This document shows, piece after piece, positions 9,860 to 19,282 of a DNA stretch of 25,326 bases. The notes beneath the pieces are model-generated. The model had not been told where the DNA came from and ran no database searches. It was given only the letters and a program-made list of their open reading frames with translations. Numbering within the stretch: position 1 is the stretch's first letter; each line of letters begins with the position of its first letter. The translations under genes and the position numbers were made by a program. The stretch is from NCBI RefSeq assembly GCF_006345805.1, contig NW_021836187.1:1-25326 (forward strand), given 5' to 3'. Source of the stretch: Octopus sinensis. Its lineage: Eukaryota.

Positions 9860-10134
9860 GCTGCTTAACAAAACCATCGCAGTTAAAGCACATGGATGTT
9901 TGATTACAAAAACAAATGCGAATTAATTATAATCATTAATTCTGACAAAAGGAGGAAGGATTGTACGTTGGTGTAACGGTAGCACACTTGGTCGTATAAA
10001 CAAAGAGCTGTAGGTTCGAGTCCCATACGTACGAGAAAAACTTATTTTTTTCTGTTGAGAACTTATATGCTCCATTATTTGGACTATTTTCTTTAGTGAT
10101 TGCGTGGTGATCGCTTATAAGCTTATAAAATACT
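9860..10134 (+). repeat. Repeat unit X, copy 3
   Basis: Inverted relative to copy 1; followed by a short (ATT)n. Confidence 0.9.
9962..10034 (+). pseudogene. tRNA-like sequence, 73 nt
   Basis: Acceptor stem TGTACGT/ACGTACG; same D arm; anticodon loop CGTATAA (CpG-decayed CGCGTAA); B box GGTTCGAGTCC; T7 run at 10045-10051. Confidence 0.7.
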
Positions 10135-10171
10135 ATTATTATTATTATTTATAGAATAAACACACACACAC

Positions 10172-10325
10172 ATAGGTGCAGGAGTGGTTGTGTGGTACAT
10201 GTTTGCTTCCCAACGACATGGTTCTGGGTTCAGTCTCACCGCGTTGCACCTTGGTCTTCTACTATAGTCTCGGGCCGATCAAAGTTTTGTGAGTTATTTG
10301 GTTGGCGGAAACTGAAAGAAGCCCG

Positions 10326-10374
<49 letters not shown>

Positions 10375-10618
10375 TATATATATTTATATATATACACACA
10401 CACATATATATATACACACACACACACACGTGTTTGTCCTCCCACCATCGCTTGACAACCGATGTTGGTGTGTTTACGGCCCCGTAACATAGCGGTTCGG
10501 CAAAAGAGACGGATGGAATAATTCCTGGGCTTACAAAGAATAAGTCCCGGAGTTGATTTGTTCGACCAAAGGTGGTGCTCCAGCATGGTCGCTATCAAAT
10601 AACTGAAACAAATAAAAG

Positions 10619-10620
<2 letters not shown>
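10172..10620 (+). mobile_element. SINE group C with internal TA/CA array
   Basis: Same head, body and tail as 4401-4793. Confidence 0.9.
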
Positions 10621-10651
<31 letters not shown>

Positions 10652-10851
10652 GACTATACATATTGTCGGTATTATGCAAAAGTGTTGTAAGTCCAAAACT
10701 TTGCTTTTTCAGAAAACGAAAAATTAGTTCAACTATTCTGTAGCAAAACCGTTGTACTACACTTTGACAAAATGTTTGATATCTCGGCATCTGTAGGAGG
10801 TGGAGATACGATAGTTGACCAAAAGAACCGGCTATTGCAAGCAAAAAATAA

Positions 10852-10971
10852 ATATTCTTTTCTACTCTAGGCAGAAGGCCTGAAATTTTTGGAGAGGGGG
10901 CCAGTCGATTAGATCGACCACAGTACGCAACTGGTACTTAATTTATCGACTCCGAAAGGATGAAAGGCAAA
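10852..10971 (-). mobile_element. SINE group A, 3' half, tail type i
   Basis: aatattcttttctactctaggc ... ctggtacttaatttatcgactccgaaaggatgaaaggcaaa. Confidence 0.85.
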
Positions 10972-11167
10972 ATGAATATTGAAAAACAATGCATTTGGCC
11001 AAATTTGGACATACGACAGTTTAATATAATATCGACGATATAATCTTGAAAATCATATACGTGTTTTCGAAATTCAAAACATGGTTGAATGAACGAACTA
11101 TAATGAAATACTTCTATGGTAAGGAACAATAATAGAGGTTCCATATTCGCATGAATGCATGCATTTG

Positions 11168-11190
11168 TCTGTCTATCTGTCTCTCTGTCA

Positions 11191-11259
<69 letters not shown>

Positions 11260-11260
11260 C

Positions 11261-11326
<66 letters not shown>

Positions 11327-11345
11327 GTCTGTCTGTCTATCTATC
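11168..11345. repeat. (TCTA)n with TCTG edges
   Basis: Direct reading. Confidence 0.95.
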
Positions 11346-11734
11346 TAATATATTGCATGTATGTTTGCATGTGTGTTTGTACCTATATCAGTGTTAGAAT
11401 ATGTGTTCGTGTATGCTTATATATATCGGAATGTGTGTATATTAGTTATAGTTTTTTACGTATTTTTTTTTATATATTATATTGATATTTCACACACGAT
11501 TATATTATTACGTTGATTTAAAACAAGAAATAGGTAAAAAGTAAATCATATTCAGAACTATATGTCGACGCTTATGTATGTATGTATGCATGCATATATG
11601 CATGTATGTATATGCATATAGTTATACACGCGCTCAGGTGCATACATAAATTTATATATTTGTATATCACTATCGACACTCGTAGATATCGAGCTAGGAT
11701 AGGATAATTCTAAAATCCACATCCATACATATTG

Positions 11735-11787
11735 GTACATGTATATTTATACATTACATGTCACGTATATTCACACACACAGAGACA

Positions 11788-11825
<38 letters not shown>

Positions 11826-12130
11826 TATATATATATATATGGGGTGTGTGTGTGGTGTGTGTTGTGTTGTGTGTGTGTATATTATGTATTATACATATAT
11901 ATATATATATATACATATATATACATGCATATATACATATTATATATATATATACTTATATATTCATATATATATATTGTTTACGTGTGTGCATGTGTAT
12001 GTTTGTGTATATATATATATGCATAAATATAGATACATATGTAAATATACATGGACACATGTATGCATATATATATGTATATATACATAGACACATATGC
12101 ACATATATATTACACACAACACACACACCA

Positions 12131-12175
<45 letters not shown>

Positions 12176-12346
12176 CGCACATACACACATCACACACACA
12201 AATATATATACACATATGTATGTATATTACATATATATGTTTATATTCATACATTTATGTGTATGTTTATATATATATATACATATATTACTTATGTATA
12301 TATATATATATACATGAATATGTATGCATGTATATTCATTTGTATG

Positions 12347-12379
<33 letters not shown>

Positions 12380-12400
12380 ATATATATATATATACGTAGG
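11735..12400. repeat. Long TA/TG/CA low-complexity tract
   Basis: Direct reading. Confidence 0.9.
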
Positions 12401-12718
12401 TACGTATCTATACGCGTGTTTCCTTATTGGTGATCGATGAATGTCTAATTTTCCTTTTCCGTTTTTTGTTGTTGTTTTTCGCTTTACATGATATGTATGA
12501 TAAGAGAAGATATGCAAAAAAAAGTTATAAAAAATTAAGTAAGTAAAGTAAGATTCTTCAGAATCTTTTCATAGGAAGCATTAGAAGACTTGTGATGGCG
12601 TGTTTTGAAGGTTTAGCTTCTTTTCACACCGAATTTCACTCCACCTGTTTTCTACGCTCCTTAGATTCAGGAAGATCCATCTCGTTGTTTCGATATAATG
12701 AATTTAGTGAATCGATGC

Positions 12719-13209
12719 AGAGAGAGGAAGAGAAAGGAGGGAGATAGAGTGGGGGAGGGAAATGGAGATAGAGGGAGAGAAAGGGAGGAGAGAGATACTG
12801 GGGAGAGAAATGGAGAGAGAAGAGATAGTGAGCGAAAGAGAGGGGGAGAGAAAGAGGAGAGAAAGGATGAAAGACAGGGTGAGAGATGGTGAGTGAGAAA
12901 AATATGGTGAGAGAGAAAGAAATGGTGAGAGAGAGAGAGAGAAATGGTGAGAAAGAGAGGGTGAGAGAGAGAAGAGAGAGAGTAGAAAAGAAAGGGTTAG
13001 AGAGAGATAGTGGAAAGGAGAGAGAAATAGAGATGAAGGGAGAGAGAGATGACGAGAGAGAGATGTGACCTGAGAGAGAGAGAGAGAGAGAGAGTGAGGG
13101 AGATGGGAGAGTAGGAGAGAAATTGTGGGAAAGTGTGAGATGGCGAAAGAGAGAGAGAAATGGTGAGTGAGAAAAGAAGAGGGAGTGGGAAAGAAAGAAG
13201 GAGAGTGAG
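12719..13209 (+). repeat. GA-rich polypurine tract, ~490 bp
   Basis: Almost only G/A on + with sparse T; recurring gagagaaatggtgag motif. Confidence 0.9.
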
Positions 13210-13232
13210 ATTCTGCCAGCTCACCGCTCTAA

Positions 13233-13279
13233 TGATAATGACGGCGATGATGATAATACTGATGATGATGATGATGATG

Positions 13280-13333
<54 letters not shown>

Positions 13334-13356
13334 TGATAATAATAATAATAATAATA
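13233..13356. repeat. (GAT)n-(AAT)n array
   Basis: Direct reading. Confidence 0.95.
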
Positions 13357-13543
13357 AACCTTTCTGTAGGAAACACAAAACCTCAAATTTTGGGGTAGAT
13401 TTTAAGTCGATTACATCGACCCCAGTACTCAACTAGTGCTTAATTTATTGACCACGAAAGGATGAAAGGCAAAGTCGACCTCGGTGGAATTTGAACTTAG
13501 AACGTAGCGATGTGCTAACGACTCTGCTAGCTCGCCGCCTTAA
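13357..13543 (-). mobile_element. SINE group A, tail type i-like
   Basis: cgaaaggatgaaaggcaaagtcgacctcggtggaatttgaac ... gctagctcgccgccttaat. Confidence 0.88.
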
Positions 13544-13551
13544 TAATAAGG

Positions 13552-13965
13552 AAGTATAAAGATCTTGAAATAGAAATGAGCAAAATGTGAAACCTCAAGA
13601 CTAAAACAATACCTGTTGTCATAAGTGCCCTAGGAATGATAGCAAAAGGGGCTGATTGTGACCTAGCTCAGATACAAAGAACCACCCAATTGGCAGAAAT
13701 TCAAAAGATAATGCTCATGGGAACTGCCCATATCCTACGTAAAATACTGTCTATGTAATCTCAAATTTTAAAACAAACATAATTTTCTTATGTTTTCTTA
13801 AACATTTTCTAGAACAATACTATGTACAAAACCAAATATATGGCACCCTAGACATAAGACCAACATGTATTTCTAACTTGTTGTCTGGTGAGGTCTCTGG
13901 GTGAGACTTTGGAGCCAACTTGTACAAATGCAAAGCAAAGTCAAGCATAAAATAATGATAATAAT
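13552..13965 (+). mobile_element. 3' end of an R4/Dong-clade (RLE-type) non-LTR retrotransposon, 5'-truncated
   Basis: 13552-13758 translates KYKDLEIEMSKM*NLKTKTIPVVISALGMIAKG...EIQKIMLMGTAHILRKILSM*, the C-terminal pattern of the R4/Dong restriction-like endonuclease domain; ~190-nt 3' UTR then aataatgataataat. Confidence 0.82.
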
Positions 13966-13989
13966 TCTTAATTATTATTAATAATTAGT

Positions 13990-14135
13990 TTTGAGGAGGG
14001 AGGGTTAATCAATACATCAACCTCAATACTTTACTAGTAGTTATATTCTAACACCCCGAAAGGATGAAAGGGAATTTTGAACTTGATGGGATTCGAACTG
14101 AGATCGTAATGAGTCGGAACAAAATATCATCAAGG
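13990..14135 (-). mobile_element. Highly degraded SINE group A
   Basis: ccccgaaaggatgaaagg core remnant. Confidence 0.6.
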
Positions 14136-14174
14136 ATTTTCACAACTCACTGTAGATTTGCCGGTACGCCCCCA

Positions 14175-14265
14175 TAATAACAACAACAGCTATAACAACA
14201 ACAACAACAACAACACAACAACAACAACAACAACAACAACAAAAGCAGCAGCAACAACAACAACA
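14175..14265. repeat. (CAA)n microsatellite
   Basis: Direct reading. Confidence 0.9.
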
Positions 14266-14559
14266 ATATTAATGATTTATAATGAACTGACAGATTAATG
14301 ATATTTTTTCTCTCTAACATCATAGTAATTTTTCGTGATAATAATTTTATAAAACTATAAAAACAAAATGAAATATCAATATGATCGAACATATGATAAA
14401 CAAGAAAGAACCAAAGGAAAAAAAAAAGATTCATCTTGATAATGATATTAACAAAGGCAATAGAAATAATAATTTTGGTACCGGAAACAAGTACAACAAC
14501 TACAACAAAGAATGATATATTTTGTGATTAACTATTTATCTCCATATGTAAATGTCAAT

Positions 14560-14749
14560 AACATTCTGTATGTATGTATGTTAAGAGCCATGAACACACA
14601 CACACATCTGTATATATATGTATGCATATATATACATGTATGTATGCTTATATATATATATATATAGATGAATATATGTATGCATATTCATATATATACA
14701 TACATACATGCATATATATATATATATACAAATACATACATACATACAT

Positions 14750-14793
<44 letters not shown>

Positions 14794-14830
14794 ATGCGTA
14801 TTTATGTGCAGATGCTTATATATGAATATT
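14560..14830. repeat. TA/TACA low-complexity tract
   Basis: Direct reading. Confidence 0.9.
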
Positions 14831-15117
14831 TAATGCGTATCATCATTGCGTATAGACGTGCGTAATACTACGTACGTATTTGTGCATGCTCTGTATATCT
14901 GAGCATTTCTATATACGGTAGCTTCTATTACTTTATATTGTATATTGCACATGACCACATAACTTTATGTATTCATTTAATGCATACGAGGAAAGTCGAA
15001 AGTATTGCCTTACATAAAAAGATAAATGAATATTGAAACACGTGCATCCAAATCGACACATCCGTTTAGAAATGAATGCACATAGCAGTGCATAGATATA
15101 TATGTGTGTATATGTAA

Positions 15118-15163
15118 TGTCTGTCTGTCTGTCTGTCTGCCTGTCTATCTATCTCTCTGCCTG

Positions 15164-15210
<47 letters not shown>
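15118..15210. repeat. (TCTG)n-(TCTA)n array, left flank of the LINE
   Basis: Direct reading. Confidence 0.95.
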
Positions 15211-15537
15211 GAGTCTATCGTCAATATTGTCACGCCTCCTTCCTTCAAACGGGAAGGAGAGCTATTTTCATCATCCTTGTGGCTATGGCGAAAGAATGTA
15301 TCTGGTGGACGCGTCTGAAAGGATTGGAGACAAACACTTTCCTCTCTGGTCAATCTCTCATCAACTTCTTCAAGTACCACTTGAAAAGGAAAGTGAGAGT
15401 AGAGAGGCAAGTTTTGTCTAGCGAATGTTTTAAAAAAGATGGGTGAATGTAGCAAGAATGGCACGTATGAATGACGAAGCCACCTTGAGCAATAGCCTAT
15501 GAACCCAGAAATCGAAAACAGAGAGTTGCTTATTTGC

Positions 15538-15569
<32 letters not shown>

Positions 15570-15894
15570 ATGTGACTTCATTGACCGAGGTTACCGTGGT
15601 CTTTTCCGCAGGCTTTTCTTTCCACGGTAAACCTCACCTGTCCTCCCCTTTACACTTCATATTGACATTTCTGTGATAACGATCCCTATTGATCAATTTT
15701 TTTTTCCTCTCCCCCCCTTTTTTTTTTTTTTTTTTTAACCCCCCTTATTTTTGTCCTCTTTCTCTCCTTTTACGATCCCTTTGATCGAACCTCCCCCTTC
15801 CTTTTTTTTTTTTTTTTTTAATACCTTCAAAGAAAAGCTCTACCTGTAATTTGTTCTATCTGTGTGCAGCCCTGTGTGGCTAATAAAGAAACAT
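15211..15894 (+). mobile_element. 3' end of an L1-clade, probably Tx1-type, LINE (ORF2 C terminus plus 3' UTR)
   Basis: With two frameshifts: ESIVNIVTPPSFKREG / AIFIILVAMAKECIWWTRLKG...LINFFKYHLKRKVRVERQVLSSECFKK / RWVNVARM...SL* (stop 15500-15502); AKxxIWxxR and late FxxRW pattern typical of L1/Tx1 ORF2 ends; AATAAA at 15882-15887. Confidence 0.72.
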
Positions 15895-16076
15895 ATCTAT
15901 CTGTCCTGTCTGTATGTCTGTTTGTCTGTCTTTTGTCTGTCTGTCTGTCTGTCTGTATGTATGTCCTGTCCGTCCGTCTGTCTGTCTGTCTGTCTGTCTG
16001 TTGTCGATCTATCTATCTACTAATATTCTATCTATCTATCTATCTATCTTCTATCTATCTATCTATCTATCTACCT

Positions 16077-16123
<47 letters not shown>

Positions 16124-16146
16124 TATCTCTCTCTCTCTCTCTCTCC

Positions 16147-16205
<59 letters not shown>

Positions 16206-16294
16206 AGTCAATCTATCTATCTATATATCTATCTATCTGTCTATCTCTCTGCCTGCATGTCTATCTATCTATCTATCTGTATGTCTATCTTTAA

Positions 16295-16347
<53 letters not shown>

Positions 16348-16385
16348 TGTGTATGTAAATATATACAAATACATGTATGTGTGTA
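15895..16385. repeat. Compound ATCT/TCTG/ATCA/TG array, right flank of the LINE
   Basis: Direct reading. Confidence 0.93.
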
Positions 16386-17136
16386 TATTTCCTCCACTGT
16401 AGGCGGGTCAACTCTGCTACACACTGGAGTTCCGTTCAGAGTGAGTCTTGCCCTGCTCGCCAAGCCAGCGAGATGGAATCATCTGAGTATTAACGCAATG
16501 CGACAATGCAAGGAAGTACATTGTGATAAGCGGTATATAACAACAAATGCTACTCTGTTCGATGCAGTGTTAAAGTGATTACTGATCGTTGATTAAAACC
16601 TATTTAAAATTTGAAACATTCTATGCCACCGAATGTCCGTGCATGCTTGCAGGGTCATATAATCTCAAGTCACTTAAGCAAGTAAATGTGTTACGTGACT
16701 ATGTTGTATTTTCTGTAATCTCTAGGAGACATTTGCAGGAACCGCTTAAGCAAAAGCGTTGTAGAGTCTACTATTTCTCATCTAAACTTTCCACTCACGT
16801 TGTTTTTTAAATTCCGAATGTGCCTTGATAGCCCCTTTGCAGTTCCTTTGTAAATGTTCCGGAATTAAACCATGTGTATCTACCTTTTGCTTTCGTTTCC
16901 ACTCAACGAGTAACTTCCTCCAAGAATTATTAAGTATAAATAACAAACACATACGAATCGCTTTAAAGATAGGCGCACATATAGATACAAACGTATAGAT
17001 GACTCTAACATGAAACAGTTAAATCACACTCTGTATTCAAAATATTACAAATATATACTTTGGCACACCTATACACATAATTGTATCTATCTTTTGCTTT
17101 CGTTTCCACTCAATGAGCAACTTCCTCAAAGAATTA

Positions 17137-19282
17137 TCTCTATATCGATAAACGGCAAAATATCCGTGTATCTGTGTGTCTCTGTGTCCTGTATACAAAT
17201 CTACAGTTTTCACGTAAAAGGCTCGCATTTTCTATGTGCTTTCAAATCTGTCTGAGGGTGGTCGCGAAGATCTTTTCATTTCCCCAGTCACCCCAGAAAG
17301 CCATTAAAAAAATCGATAAGCCGACCCCTCATGCCCATAAGTTATGGACATATCCATTCAAAATCGCTAAAACATAGAAATTTTTACGCGGTACGTGCGT
17401 ACAGCTAGATACTCCAATAGACTGTCAGCTATTTTTTGATTGGACGGAGATCATTTTACCCTTGACTGTTGGATGCACGCATTTTTGTGTTTTTGATTTG
17501 AGAAATACAGGGAATAATTATCGAGTTAGACCAAGTGAATGACAAGAGAGCCGGATTTTCATGAATATGCTTGATATGCTACCATTCCTTAAATATGCCA
17601 TAAAAGAGTTGGAACCTTTCCAATGAATCTTATTAGGAAGGGCTTTACTTTTATGCTTTCGGTTGATTTCAGTTATCCAGCGAGAGCTCAGAATGTTTTA
17701 TTCAAGTAGGATTAAAAATGAAAAAAAAAAAAGACGTGGTCGAGTCTTCGAACTCTTTGATGCCATCGGGACTTCCACCTCACACGCTTCGGCTGAGAGT
17801 GGGCTGTCCCATCATGCTGATCCGGAATTTGCGTCCGCCGACACAGTGCAACGGTACGCGATTGGTCGTCAAGTCATTGTCTGTAGACTTAATTGAGGCG
17901 ACCATTATAACGGGACAAGGAAAGGGGGAAACCGTCTTCATTGCAAGAATGGACATATTTTCTGCGCCATCGGACATTCCCTTCACTTTCCGCCGGACGC
18001 AATTTCCGGTGAAGCCTTGCTTTGTGATGTCAATTAACAAATCGCAGGGACAGACACTCTCAGTCGCGGGAATGCACCTGGGCGAGCCCTCCTTTTCGTA
18101 TGGGCAACTTTATATTGCCTGCTCCCACGTTGGAAGTAGGAATGCCCAGTCTGTATATGCCCCTGAGGGTAAAACCCGCAATATTGTTTACAACGAGATT
18201 TTGGATAAGCATTTATAAATGCATTGGTATACCAATGCTATCCTCAACGAAAACAATTCTCACTTTGTCAGATGTTTATTAAGTTAGGTTAAAGGCCTAG
18301 GTCCCTTTTTGTGAAGGCTGTCGGTAAGTTTTGGCAAGTTTCGCCAATGCGGATCTCCAAAGCTCCTTCTTCAATGGTCCTTAATATAATGCAGTCGTCC
18401 TCCTCCGAAACAAAGCCGCCATGCACATCTCCACAGCCATGTCATTTAGAACCCCTAGGATGGGTTAGTGAGAGATCGGGATTAGAAGCTGCTGAGCCCC
18501 GTAAAGTTAGTCTAGGTTTTAGTTGAAGGCTTAGTTATGTTCTGAAACGAACCTCCTCCGTTTCAGTGGATCGGGAGCCCAATTAGCCTTCCGGCGAAAA
18601 GGCATACATATTATTTATACCTTATTTAACCTTGATGTCTTACGTGCTTCTATGCGTCATGAACTTAAAACTATTGACCTGACTGCGTTACTTGCTTCAA
18701 TGCATCATACTCATAAAATCACTTTGAATGCTGTTTTTTGTGCTCTAATTGCTCTGCCTTTTCGCCGGAATCAGCACTTTTCTTCCCACCATCGCTATTC
18801 ACTCATAGGACGAGGGGGTTAGGTGATGGGGTGGTGGTGTCAAAAGGGCTGGCATGTGCAACTTGATCACCTCTGCCAGTCAAACCCCCAACCCATGCGT
18901 TCCCGTCGCGACACTGATTGCACAGAACTGTGTTGGACGTGAAACCAAAACTCAACAAATGTGTATTTTCAAAATCATGCTATTTTGCGGCCAAATTCGA
19001 GTTTTTCGCTTTCTTCTGCCTCCTTTTTTCCCCCGACTAATGCCATGTGCACAATCCCACAAAATTTCCGTGATTATGCCGTTCCATGTGTGAAAACCGA
19101 AGTCCAATGAATATTAATTACTCTCATAAAAAGCTCCATCTAACTCATAAAGAACAAAACTGGTCCGGGCTGAAATGTGATAAGAAACATAGCTCTTGAT
19201 TTAGTGAGAAACTTTTACTGCGACCCGGCAACGAACAACAAGCACTAGCACTAGACCCGGCAACACCGGGTCATAGTGCTAG
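17137..19282 (+). mobile_element. Helitron, internally deleted, 2146 bp, both termini intact
   Basis: Starts TC after A (17136); ends with hairpin gacccgg-caaca-ccgggtc then CTAG before T (19283); no TSD; empty site gaatta|ttaagtataaat at 16924-16941; helicase remnant inside. Confidence 0.93.
17718..18218 (+). pseudogene. Helitron RepHel PIF1-like (SF1) helicase, C-terminal fragment
   Basis: NSLMPSGLPPHTLRLRVGCPIMLIRNL...CNGTRL...RRTQFPVKPCFVMSINKSQGQTL...FSYGQLYIACSHV...TRNIVYNEIL. Confidence 0.95.

Noticed and set aside
9454-10034. Functional tRNA-Thr genes
   Set aside because: G at position 33, a mismatch in the anticodon stem, a broken acceptor stem in copy 1 and a mutated anticodon and T stem in copy 3; reported as tRNA-like only.
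12537-12720. Possible exon (GTAAGT near 12539; polypyrimidine-AG at 12664)
   Set aside because: No matching good donor, no recognisable peptide, and the frame runs into the GA tract.
10970-15038. aaatgaatattgaaa at 10970-10984 and 15024-15038, each upstream of a TCTA array
   Set aside because: AT-rich 15-mer with no extended homology; plausible by chance.
15538-15564. A27 run as the poly(A) end of the LINE
   Set aside because: No AATAAA before it, and structured sequence continues to an AATAAA terminus at 15882-15894; treated as internal, pending consensus building.
17385-17408. Internal Helitron 3' end (tacgcg/tgcgta hairpin then CTAG)
   Set aside because: Weak 6-bp stem with a G-T pair, and the next base is A rather than T.
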